A stretch of DNA of 62,579 nucleotides, the filler included, from Catajapyx aquilonaris (taxonomy: Eukaryota), in assembly GCA_000934665.2 (NCBI GenBank). It is 4 parts of 4 records of this genome, joined end to end, with 100 filler letters (N's around TTAATTAATTAA, not from the genome) between each part and the next. Parts side by side here need not be neighbours in the genome. Positions count along the whole stretch, not along the records: positions 1 to 15,561 come from KZ539689.1; 3 more parts are not named here. One strand, given 5' to 3'. Of this stretch, positions 1-10,580 are shown in pieces. The position numbers and the translations under genes were made by a program. Within the stretch, counting starts at the first letter, position 1; every line of letters starts with the position of its first letter. Below the pieces are notes generated by a model that worked only from the letters and a program-made list of their open reading frames with translations, was not told the origin of the DNA and did no database searches.

Positions 1-450
1 GCCAAGATGACAGGGGCTGGGAGGTGTATGACTGGAAAACATTCAGTGCAGGTCAGTGCAAAAAACCATTCCCATTTAAGATATCAGCAACCAAACGACT
101 TTTCAACCAGAGAGGAGGGAAAAATTGTGCCCTTGTGAGAGCCGAGCCAAACTATCGATTTCAACATGGAACAACTAGAGTTTCTATCACGAAGCGTGGG
201 AAGTCGTGGCTTGGAAGGGAACCACTTGCCAAACCTGTTACAAACAATGCGAGCGAAGTGAAAATGCATGATGTTGCAGCGCTCCTCGCGAACCATCTCG
301 GATCAAACTGGAGGGACTTCAAGGAATGTGAGTACTACAAAAACCTCACTGTTTCTCCAGAGCCATGAGGAACAAGATGATACTGAAGCAGAGGCATTGG
401 CCAAGGATGGGTGTGGCTGCATCGATGAGCCATCCTTCCAATATGTGTAA
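1..450 (+). mobile_element. C-terminal fragment of a DUF7869-type (Sola-like) transposase
   Basis: ORF 24..368 ends in K.HDV..LL..HLG..W......YYKNL, followed by an acidic tail after a frameshift. This is typical of the C-terminus of this arthropod transposon protein family. Confidence 0.5.
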
Positions 451-574
451 GACAGTGCAGGGCAAAATATTCATAAAAACAATACAGAATGACGGCTGTG
501 GCCACAAAGTGTATGAGGAGAGAGCTGAAATTAAAGAGAGTTGAGCCATGATCGAGGAGCTGTATGTCATAACT

Positions 575-1168
575 TCTTCTCAGTTGTTCCAGTTGTTGTT
601 CCATGTCTTAAATACGTGCATCCGTGAAGTTAAGAAAACAGGCTTGATTCTGAAGATGGTGGTAGCAGATCAGGGATCAAATAGAAGTGCTTTTGATGCC
701 CTTGGCATCTCTCTTGCAAAGCCGTATGCCGTTTCCAGGAAGACAAAGTTTTCTCTATGTACGACCGTCCTCACTTGGTAAAGAGTGTACGGAACAATTT
801 GAAATCCCACAACATCAAAATTGATGGTGACCTTGTGGAGGGGAAGTACATTGGAGGCAGTTGCCAACAGTGAATTGTATCAGGATGGTGTCAGGCTTCT
901 GCCAAAAATAACAAAGAAAACATACTGATATGGGTCCATTTAAGAAAATGAAGGTTAAGTTATTGACACAATGTCTCGTGAGCTTAATCTTGTGGCTAAA
1001 TTGGCCACCTGTGTACAAGGCAACTGCTCCTTTGATTTCTGCTCACTGGAAAGGAAGGAGGATTTTGTATACCTGTTTTGCAGGATACGTGTGCTGTGGT
1101 GGTTGCGGTTTCGCAACCGATATATGCAGGACACCAAACCCAAGAACAGAAAGGTGGCAGAGTTGTGA
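575..1168 (+). mobile_element. Decayed P-element/THAP9-type transposase fragment
   Basis: Motifs across frames: VVADQGSNR, PHLVKSVRNNLKSH, RLLPKITKKH..GPFKKMKVKL..Q, and C-terminal LFCRIRVLWWLRFRN. Contains frameshifts and an internal deletion. Confidence 0.8.
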
Positions 1169-1618
1169 ATGTGAGTTTTTAGGTTTTTTTTGTGTGTGTT
1201 TAGGGCAGTGGTTTCCTTGTACAGTGTGTCGTATCCAATGTAGATAAATTCAGTCATGACATGTAATCTGTGGGAGGGAGATGGTTTTTCCTCTACAGCC
1301 CTTTCTTACAGCCTGGGATGAATTATGCCAAGATCGTGTCAACCTGCATGAATTGGTGCCGATCCTTCAGTGAAAGTGTGTAACTCTTGAGGTGGATTTT
1401 GAACCATGAGCTGCCAATAGCATGGAATGAGCTACCGTATTCCTGCAGCTATCGTATCGCCCCACGCGATACGATACGATCGCTGTTTCTGCCTCCCTCT
1501 CTCCAGATGTCTCGACGTTATCGGAACGTGACCGGAAGTATCCCAACCTTTTCTAATCCCTGGTAAGGCAAACAAATCCAATCCGCTCTTTGTATTCGCT
1601 CTTTGTAGCTTCGAATGA

Positions 1619-1700
1619 CTCATTGTAGATGAAAGCCATGATTTTTCAATCAAAAAGCTTATGCTTACGCTTCTATGTAGACTTTTGCGTTATGAGTCTG
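1619..1700 (+). mobile_element. hAT transposase fragment (first catalytic Asp motif)
   Basis: LIVDESHDFSIKKLMLTLLCR resembles the hAT motif L.vDES.D.s.k.ql.i.vR. Confidence 0.4.
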
Positions 1701-1889
1701 CCAGCTCTCTATTCAACATCATGGGCACAAAGAATGTCAAGTACCGCCCCCAGATCTCTCAGCATGTGATCGCCCCAAACTGGCTGCCCAACAGAGGNNN
1801 NNNNNNNNNNNNNNNNNNNNNNNNNNNNNNNNNNNNNNNNNNNNNNNNNNNNNNNNNNNNNNNNNNNNNNNNNNNNNNNNNNNNNNNNN

Positions 1890-2640
1890 GGGCTGACTCT
1901 CCTCCACACCAAGGACTACGTGGCCAGCATAAACCGCCATCTCGCCAGCCCCAGCTACCAGTTTCTGGGACACTGGGACCAGCTAGCAGACCACCATTGG
2001 GACTATATGGTCATCGCAATCAGGGAGCGCGTTCTGGTTGTTACCCTCAAACTAGTTAAAAAGCGCCTCATTGACGAGGAGGAGGCCTTTCGCCTCATCC
2101 ACATGCCCAACCTCGGCCTAACTAAGATATACGGCCTCCCAAAAACGCACAAGCCGAGAACTGCGGTACGGGAGTTTGCTATCAGGCCCACAGTGACCGG
2201 CTATGCAAGCCCAAAAGCGGGGATTAACAGCCTCATCACTCACCTGCTAGCCCCGCTCATGCCGGCTATCACGGAACGATTATTCAACCCCGACCATCTC
2301 GCGGGCCTGACCTACCGCAAGCCACCAGTCCCCGAGGGCTTCATGCTTCACACACTGGACGTGGAAGCGATGTACCCGTCCATGCCGCACGACATCCTCA
2401 AGGACGCCGTAATGGAATTCTTCCGGACATTCAAACACACCGCTTCGCAAACCGATGGCTTTCCCGACGCCCTCCTCTCAGAGTTGCTGGACATTTTTTT
2501 CGATGCTGGCTACTTCTGGTTTGGTGACCGGCTGTTCCAGCAGCTCTGTGGTGTTGAAATGGGCAGTAGTTGCAGCCCGCTGCTAGCGGACATCTACCTA
2601 GCAAAGGAAGTGTTCTACCAACATCCCTACGTACGTTGGA
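1890..2640 (+). mobile_element. Penelope-like element reverse transcriptase, truncated before the YxDD motif
   Basis: ORF 1920..2663 contains IYGLPKTHKP, IRPTVTG..SP, TLDVEAMYPSMPH, YFWFGDRLFQQLCGVEMGSSCSPLLADIYL. These are PLE RT motifs; the homology breaks off at about 2640. Confidence 0.9.
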
Positions 2641-5550
2641 ACCCGTACGGGCACAATTTATAGACCGAAGCAGACGTAGTAATCAATAAAAGCATGCGAT
2701 CGGGCCCCCGAACAGGGACCATTACCCTATGAGGACGGGGCCCCTTTTCAAACAAAACCATCCCGAGTTTGAACTCCACCGTTCAAACTCATAGCGTGGC
2801 GCCTCGTTAGGCCGCCTGCTCCTTAAACAGCCTGCACTTCCTGCTGTTTTAGGGTCCCGCAAATCCCAAAGCTCAGCCCATTTCAGCCACAGGAGCTGAT
2901 GAGCAGCACCGCCAGGGTGGCTCCAGCCACCGTACCTGCCTCCACTGATGGAAAGAAGCCACGAAGGAGAGGGTGCAGATCCGGAAGGATCAACCGTCTG
3001 AACAAGAAGGACCAACCCTTCAGCCAATCCTTGAGGGACTAGGAGCACTTTGCCAGGGAGGCCAGACAAGATGAATATGGCCGCCAGTTTCACTTACGCC
3101 TTGCCATCAAGTGGGAGGCCGATGCCCGCCAGAGCGACATCTCATTCCGGGCAGGCCAGGATGCAATAACCTTCGCCCCTCCACCTCCACCACCCTTCCT
3201 GACCCAGCCTCTGGCTACGGACCCCCGCCCGGTACCCCTCTGCGCCTCATGGCCAGAAATTGTGCCAATAAGGCACGGGGAATTTTTAGTGACTCCCATG
3301 AGTTCACAAGGATGGAGCCGGCCACAGCGCACCTCATCAGGCAGTGGCAGCCACTCACACCTAACCCGCTGCAGGGGCCTGACCCGCCATTGGGAGGGCA
3401 AGGCAGCCCGAAAGAAATCATATTGAACGTGTTTCGGAGCGAGCTCTGGCTCCGGACGGTTCTCGACGATGAGGTACGCAGCATGGTGGCCGGTGACCCC
3501 CTTCACCCGCTCCAGCTGCACTCTGGGCACCTCATCCCATACATGCAACTGTTCCCGGCCGAAGCCTGGAATGAGATGGATGCACTAATGCGGGTCGCCA
3601 GCGCAGATATGACGGCCTTGGTATACAAACACCGCCGCCGCCTCTTGGCCAGGACGACGGCCAAACGCCGAGAACTATTGACGCGCCTGCCCGCGCACAA
3701 GCGGCGTGAGGTAGAACGCCAAATTGAGCGTATGCGAGCGGAGACTGCAGACAGATACCTGTGCTTCCAGAGGGGATACACCCCGCGGAGCAAGGCCAAA
3801 TGCCGTTTTCCGAAGAAGCACGTCCTCAATCTCATGAGGGAGCTGAACAAACCCAGGGGACAGAACATGGGGTACGCCCGCCCCACCAACAACACGGGGG
3901 CGGCCCGCCCCCACCCCCCAAACCCGGCCTAGGACGCCCTCCGCACAGGGGCCCCGCCGGGCAATGGCCTACAAAAAAGGACCCCCCGAACACACAAGGG
4001 ATGTTGGGTCCGCCACGGCAATGGGGCCCGCCCCGATCACAACCACCAGTGGCCCGAACCTCGGCCCCACTGCCTACAACACAGGAACCGCAACCAGACA
4101 CAACCCAGCGCACCTATGACCGCCCGCAAACCGCACGGAGTGGACGCGGCGGGTGGAGGGGCACGCAGCGCACGCCCGCGGGGAACGAGCCAGTCCCAGT
4201 GGAAGGAGTATTTGATGTCCCTGAAACGAGCCCCATCAGACCAACAATCTGGGTGTACACACATGAGCCGCCCACTCCTCCCACGGAACCAGAGGGAGAG
4301 GCCCCAATGGCCGATCCGGCCCCACATCCCCCGCCGGCCAAAATCGCTGACCCGTTTCCACCGCTGCCACAGCCGCCACACGTACACACAATGCCGCGAC
4401 CACCACGGTCGCCCAGACGCCGAGACCCTCGAACGCCCCGTGACCAGCCCCGACGCAACGCCCCGAACCCACGGAAGGCCCAAGACTCGGGCCTGGATCC
4501 GGAACCTACCAGGGCCAACGTAGCCCGGCCACAGACAAACCCTCAGACGCCCCACACGGCCGGTGCTGCCAACGGCATGGGACCAGTCCCAGTACGTTTC
4601 CCGGGATATGGGCCCTCGGCCCCCGGCGGGACCAATGCGCAGACCATCGGGTCACCACCGCTCCGGCTTACCAAAAGCCTCCCGGTATTCCTCACCGCGG
4701 CTGACTTTGAGGACGTCCCGTCCGACAGCGATTTTGAGAGGCAGGCCACTGCCGCACGCCGCCGGGCAGACTCCCCCCACCCGCAGGGGAAACCCTCTTC
4801 ACCAAGGGCTCCACTTGCCAGTCCGGCACACCAGACACGAAGTCAGCAGGCCTTGAAAATGGCCCTGCGACCGACGTCAGTGCTCAAGGACCTGCTCCAA
4901 CGACCTCTCCCTAGCCGCTGGGAACGGCTCCTGGCGCTCCGGGAAGCGGCCTTCATACAGCTGGCCGATGACCGGCAGAAACTTCCCCCCCGAGCGGGAC
5001 GTCCGGCAACATCTGGGCGCGGTATTGGATGCAGTACGACACCTGCTAAGCTGGAGGGCCGAGGACAGCATGGCCTATGCAAACCGCTTCCTAGACCCGA
5101 AAGGACCAGCCCTACGCTCGCTCACCGAAGGCCCGGTTCCAAAAAACTGAACTGGGCCGGCCTGCTAGGCGGATGCCCGCAGGTCAACGACCTACCAGTC
5201 ACACTCGCCGCACTTGCGGCTCCTCATGCCAAAGCCTTGGGCCTCCCGCCCCTACCCAACCTGGTGCACCTTTTCACGCAAACCCGAGCCCCGATCCCCA
5301 AACTCCGAATCCACCGATCCCTGCGGTCCCAAAAATGCCATGCAGCGGAAAACCTGACCTGCCTAGACGTCCCGGAGGAGGTCCTGAAATACCTTGCCCT
5401 CGGGCCCAAACATATCCCACCCGGACTGGCGGACGACCGGAGCATCAACCGAGCCATGGAAGATGTGCAGACAAGTTGGGCCAGAATCATAATGGCGGAT
5501 AAGTGGACTCCGCCCCCACCCTCCACAGTACATCGCAATAAGCCCAAGAC
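2640..5550 (+). mobile_element. 5' portion of a Penelope-like element: ORF-A 2899-3426 (TAG at 3040), ORF-B 3249-3932, ORF-C to ~5550 (pre-RT region)
   Basis: ORF-B is helical and basic (HRRRLLARTTAKRRELLTRL..REVERQIERMR). ORF-C ends in ENLTCLDVPEEVLKYLALGPKHIP, the NL...L...E...L.LG.KF.P motif that lies just upstream of PLE RTs. GC-rich like the RT fragment. Confidence 0.75.
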
Positions 5551-5992
5551 CGATGGGGCAAATTAGCAATCGCGTTTAAGAAGGGAGGGCCTCGGCGATG
5601 ACATCGCTCAAGGAGATGGCGACGACATCGTCGCTCACTTGTGGCGTATTCGGGTGGCTGTACTGTGACGGCGTGTGGTGACAGAAAGGTCCCTTGTTCC
5701 ACGAAAAACACAGAAGCCGAGTATATTCGCGATACAGGCCGAGGGAGTCTCTTTGCCATTCCAAAATTCGAGCAATAAACAACCCGATCGTCTTTTGTCT
5801 CCTTCCGATAGTCCTTTGCGCGGGCGATGCTGTTGGCATGCCGTGGCGATGCACGTCGCCGGCATGTAAACACACGGGCGATGCTTAAGCGCTATCGCTT
5901 GAGTCATGACGTCAGAACCGCTACAATTCACGGTCGAAATGCATCGCCGCGATGCATTTCACTGATCATTTCGCTCACATGTAAACCCACCT
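5550..5992. mobile_element. Probable Harbinger-type non-autonomous end truncating the PLE
   Basis: Ends CATGTAAACCCACC followed by TTA; an internal CATGTAAACAC repeat is present. Confidence 0.35.
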
Positions 5993-6089
5993 TAACGGCA
6001 GGCACTACATGCAAAGAGGCAAGAGGGAAAGTTTCGGAGGCATTTGCTGTCGTCACTTTGGGTAGTCCTCGTTCTGTAATACTAACGTC

Positions 6090-6360
6090 AGAAGATGCCA
6101 TAAAATTTCACCTGGATCCTCTGGTTATGACACCAGCGATTGGCCATTGTATTATTGTGAAACCCCCCATCGCAAGCAAATGGTACCTCGAGGTGCCTGA
6201 AGACACCGGTGGGGTTTCTATTGTATTAATTTTTCAACAGGTGTAATAAAAATGCTTGTTGAAAAAGTGACCCTAAAATTTACATCATATTTCAAACCTT
6301 ATTTTTGTCATTTTCAGAGGCGGGCATGGGTTCTTGTGTGATTCACATTCAGATGTTTGA
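6090..6360 (+). repeat. Dispersed repeat, copy 1 (copy 2 at ~15275-15545)
   Basis: Clear alignable blocks, e.g. CATTGTATTATTGTGAAACCC, CTCGAGGTGCCTGAAGACACC and TTTCAAACCTTATTTTTGTCATTTTCAGAGG. Confidence 0.85.
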
Positions 6361-6498
6361 CGGAATATGGAATCGGTCAACATACAGGATGCTGTGATGA
6401 ATGGAAAAAAATAGATAATGTCATTTAGTTCAGTTTAGACAAGAGTTTTTACAATTTCTAAAACACTGGTACCTTTCTCCGTTAATTAATTTTCATCA

Positions 6499-6873
6499 GA
6501 ATAATCGTGGCAGAAGTCGCGCCTCGAGAGGACCAACCAGCTCTTGACAGGCATCGCATGTGGTGAAACAGGAAGCTCAAGAAGATGACGCAGCGGATTG
6601 CTGGTGCTCATCTATACAAAGTTGAGGTACAGTAGGCCTATACACGTGTACAATCCATAAAATGTAACTAGATTATGAGCTGTAGTGGCATGTCATGTCA
6701 TCTAGCTCACATAGATAAACCTCTATCTCTACTGCCAAGATGGCACATGGTGAAGTGATCTGAATCTGCTTGGATTTCAAAGATTCACAGTGAATTCATG
6801 CCCAGTTCTTGCCCACTACTGAATGACCTCTTCCCTCAAGTGGGGACTCAAGAAGTCCAGATCATTCCTGGAA
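6499..6873 (+). pseudogene. Partial second copy of the SGNH esterase gene
   Basis: 6499-6640 aligns to 9121-9262, including the GAG|GTACAG donor. 6816-6873 aligns to 9592-9648. Confidence 0.85.
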
Positions 6874-7066
6874 ACTGAGGCCGAGGTGGAAGCAGTAGTT
6901 GAAGCCAGAGCCGAAGTTAAGAGGAGAAAAGGTGTTGTTTCGCCATTGTTTTGATCTTCCCGTTCAGCCTCCTCTCTCACCCACCTAAGCGCCTTCGGGC
7001 AGCTGGGTACCACCGAACCACCCACACCCACCTAAGCGCCTTCGGGCTGCTAAGGCCCCCTCACCC

Positions 7067-7537
7067 ATGCCAAAAGGAGAGGCCCACAAGACAAAGTGGG
7101 GTTGCCGGGGCGGCCAACAGACCCGGGCTAAGAAGCAGCAGCAAGACGCCGACCAGATCGCCGCCGACGCTGCCCACGCTGCCCAGGAAGCCATCGACCG
7201 GGAGTACTCCAACCAGGTGGCACTCCGAGCGGTCATCCGACTGGAGGCCGCCAAGCGGTGGCACCAAGAACTGGCTCGCCAGGCCGCCGCCCAACCACGC
7301 AGCAGCAGGCCCCTTCCTCCTCCACCACTTTTCCTCCCCGCCAAGCTCCGCCTGGTCCTCCCCCCTCCCCTCCCCCGCAGACCCTTGATTGAACTCGGCC
7401 CAATCCCTGTCCGCTCCCTCACCGCTACCCCTTGTCTAAACAAACAAACCCTTGCCAGAGCCCCTCCAACCCCACCTAGGGTCCGGGATCCGAACCTCCC
7501 TAACCCTCCCCACCACAACACAAAAGAGCCCACGTGA
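7067..7537 (+). CDS. Small basic/helical/Pro-rich ORF, homolog of PLE ORF-A (TE-derived)
   Basis: Open 156-aa ORF; 22 of 53 ungapped identities to the ORF at 2899-3426. Confidence 0.6.
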   Translation: MPKGEAHKTKWGCRGGQQTRAKKQQQDADQIAADAAHAAQEAIDREYSNQVALRAVIRLEAAKRWHQELARQAAAQPRSSRPLPPPPLFLPAKLRLVLPPPLPRRPLIELGPIPVRSLTATPCLNKQTLARAPPTPPRVRDPNLPNPPHHNTKEPT

Positions 7538-7544
7538 CATTGGA

Positions 7545-7818
7545 ATTTGCATCTGAAGAATGTCCGGATGATTACGCAGGAGAGTGAAGCAGTAATGGTA
7601 AGGGACCAATCTGTCAATATCCGCAAAAAAGAAGGGGGAGCTACATCTGAAGAAGGCGTATGATGGACCCATCGCAATAAATGCTCTGCCTTAAGCTGTG
7701 CAGTTTCCTGAAGAAATCTGAGAACAAGAAGTTCTTTGAAGACTTGAGAACTGACGACAGAGACAAGACTGTTGACATTGATGAGGAAGATAACAGCAGT
7801 GGCTGCGAGGATGTGTAG
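7545..7818 (+). mobile_element. Second DUF7869/Sola-like transposase C-terminal fragment
   Basis: LHLKKAYDGPIAIN...KLCSFLKKSENKKFFEDL followed by an acidic tail. Confidence 0.45.
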
Positions 7819-8124
7819 GAATGAATCAGTGCATTCGCTGAGGGTAAAAATGATGTATTTCATAATGAAATATAATAGAAAGTGGAACATTATGGATTTT
7901 TATTTCAACTTTTAAGGAAGATATGTCAATTTTGGTCTGGATTTTTTTTTCATCAAATCTACCGCTCTCAGATATTGAAATTTCATGAAGATTAACATGA
8001 GTGTGTCCATAAAACACTATTATATGATTGTGTGAATTTGCATTTGTTCAGACCAGAAAATGTTTTTTCTCTCGCCTGAAAAGTTGTTTGACATATGTTG
8101 TTTTTACGAAAAAGGCTTCACTTT

Positions 8125-8395
8125 CAATGCTCTTCGGATCATATTGTATCACGATGCCTTCGAAACAGTACATCCCATAGGTGCAGCCAAAACTAAGCAC
8201 AAGCTCTTAGCAGTGTACATGACTTTGGGTAATCTTCCAGATCACTTGCGGTTTTCTTTGGAAGTTATTCAACTCGTGATATTGGTTCGAGAAAAGGACT
8301 GTAAAGTAGCTGGGCAGGGAGTCTTATTCCGCAGATTAATCAGAGACATACAGGTTCTGGAAACATCAGGGGTCCAAGTTCAGGGAAAGTCAGTA
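8125..8395 (+). mobile_element. Animal EnSpm/CACTA (CMC) transposase fragment
   Basis: LRIILYHDAFETVHPIGAAKTKHKLLAVYMTLGNLP...IQLVIL...LIRDIQVLETSGV matches the LY.DdFE..NPLG...HK...Y..LGNLP core. Confidence 0.8.
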
Positions 8396-8810
8396 TACTG
8401 TATTTTCAAAAAAAAAATCGGGATTTTCTGCGTTAGGAATTTCAGGGACACCTAATGACCGGATGCTTGAACACAGCATTCTTAAGCTACTTAGCTCAAA
8501 GTCACTAGACTGCTATAGTATATATGACATGCAGAGTTAGTTATTCACTCCGCCTGCACGACCAGTTCTTCATACACACTGTTTTGTGATTTTCTGTCGG
8601 TATATCATTGTTACCATATACGGTTTTTGCTCTGGTTTGTCGCCTTATAATATACTTAAGGCCTGTAAATTATGTCTGCCTTTTTCTGTAACGTTATCCT
8701 CCATCCATACACCCGCAAAGGTAAAATCGGGTAAAATTTATGTGCCTATTTCAGGGTGTTTTCGCGCCTAAAAATTCGCACTCTAATTATATAAGTTCTT
8801 GTTTTTGCAG

Positions 8811-9740
8811 ATGATCCTGAAGGGAATTTTGTAAGGACACTCGATGATAAAATACAGCCCGGGGAACCGCGTGCTGCCCTCCCAGCATCATATCATCACA
8901 ATCAGCCTGCCAGGGGGGCGTGTAGCTGACCTGCAGCCTACCATGGAGGTGGTCAGGATGAATCTGAACGAGCTGGACTTCGTGGTGGTAGCCGTGGGCA
9001 CCAACGAAATCGCCCACGCCCAGGCAAATGACCCAACCAAGGTTGGGGCTGAACTGGCCAAACGCCAGGAGGAATTGGAGGGGATTCAGAGGCAATTGAG
9101 AGGAGACCTGCCCAATTGCCGAATAATCGTGGCAGAAGTCGCGCCACGAGTGGACCAACCAGGTCTCGACAGACATCGGATGTGGTGGAATCGGAAGCTG
9201 AAGAAGATGGTGCAGCGGATTGCTGACGCTCATCTGTACAAAGTTGAGGTACAGTAGGCCTACATGATACTAATTGCTTGGATTACCTTTCTCCAAAGTT
9301 CAGCGAGACTTTTGAATAATTTTTCAGAGTTCACTAATTTTTTGCAACGAGGTTAGGGCAAAATGAATGGGCAGTTTTAAAAGAATCACTTTAATTATGA
9401 GAGATTATGATATTATGTGACACTCCGTTAGTCAGTAATAACAGTTGCCTATAATGAAGTTGTTTTAATAATGCACTTTGATACATCATTCAACAGTCTC
9501 GTTTCTGTGGTCGACGACAATTGCTGGTCAAGGATGGGCTACATTTTTCTGGTGCGGGTGTCAGCAAGTGGTGTCGCGGCCTTAAGAGACAACTGAATGA
9601 CCTCTTCCTTCAAGTGGGGACTCAAGAAGTCCAGATCATTCCTGGAAAGTCGCCATATCAGATTGGCACTTGCCATTGGTGCCACATGAGGGGGGCATGA
9701 GTACCCTGCCTGCAGGGACCTAGGGAATTTGAATGCGTAA
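8811..9740 (+). pseudogene. Two-exon SGNH/GDSL esterase with C-terminal CCHC knuckle (disabled); exons 8811-9248 and 9497-~9740
   Basis: Block I GIL*GHSMIKY (TAA 8832-8834), block II PGGRVADL, block III VVAVGTNEI; phase-0 GT-AG intron 9249-9496; block V KDGLHFSGAG. CHWC..RGHEYPAC reads through only if one G is removed from the G6 run at 9690. Confidence 0.8.
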
Positions 9741-9999
9741 GAAGAGTTCATAGGATTTTTAAAAAAAAAACTATTATTCCGTAAAATCAAGTGAGAAGAA
9801 CTTTTCATTAAGTGATTTCACGTGACTTTTTCCTCGCAATATAAAAGTAATACTGCATTTCGTTTGATAACATTTCTTAGATGGGCGAAGATATCCTTAA
9901 ACTGATCGCTGGCCGTTCAATCGGTGTCTGTAATTCTTCACACACACCCCAACCTGGAGGAGTTCAAGAAGACTCGTCTCACCAAACTAATGTAATATT

Positions 10000-10225
10000 T
10001 AGAGCAGCAGCATGGAATGTGGCAGGGTTAAGTATACAGGAAGCCAAATGTGTGTGCTGTGAGACTGAACCGGGACTAGAAGTTGTAGGGTTTTTGGAAA
10101 CATGGGACATGAAGTACTGTGATTGTTTAGTTCAGGGTGATTGGTGTTATTTTCAAGTTAGAGCAACAAAAAACTCGCGAATGGGAAGTCCAATGAGAGG
10201 CATGTCGCTAATGGTAAAAGCTTTT
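10000..10225 (+). mobile_element. LINE APE-endonuclease N-terminal fragment
   Basis: AAWNVAGL...VVGFLETW...RMGSPMRGMSLMVK corresponds to EN motifs I-III. Confidence 0.7.
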
Positions 10226-10267
10226 GATGTCCAAGTGGAGAGACGGCGGAGGAAGAAGAAAACAATG

Positions 10268-10555
10268 ACCGAAGCAGTTTGGAGGAGGGGATATGGTGTC
10301 CGACTGCTAATCGAGAGGTCCTGGGATCAAATCCCGGGGCCGGCAAATCTGACCGTGGTTTTCTGTGGTTTCCCAAGGTCCTTCCAGGAAAATTCCGGAG
10401 TTGCTTCCGTAATTAATAGGCCACAGCCGCTTCCTTCCGTCCCTTTCCTATTCCAAAAAGCACAGTAAAATGAAAAAGCAAAGAGTTCCAGGCAAAACAA
10501 ACTTCCCCCCTAAAGAGCCAGAAAAGGCTGATAACGGGGTATGAATTATTATTAT
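10268..10555 (+). mobile_element. tRNA-derived SINE, family 1 (Lm1-like core)
   Basis: tRNA-like head, core GGTTTTCTGTGGTTTCCC...GGCCACAGCCGCTTCCTTCC, short AT-rich tail; near-identical copy at 48147-48430. Confidence 0.85.
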
Positions 10556-10580
10556 GAAAAGTATGATTGACAAAATATAC

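Noticed and set aside
2700..2960. Hammerhead ribozyme in the PLE leader (CTGATGAG at ~2896, CTATGAG at ~2727)
   Set aside because: I found no stem II followed by GAAA and no closing helices by eye, and CTGATGAG overlaps the ORF-A start. An Infernal search is needed.
3270..3295. Second -1 frameshift from ORF-A into ORF-B (A_TTT_TTA)
   Set aside because: The heptamer is non-canonical and ORF-B has its own ATG at 3249.
3832..5569. Many overlapping antisense ORFs in the PLE
   Set aside because: Expected from high GC content; no recognisable motifs.
8811..9740. oskar OSK domain
   Set aside because: The catalytic GHS and DGLH motifs are retained, there is no LOTUS domain, and the sequence lacks OSK motifs.
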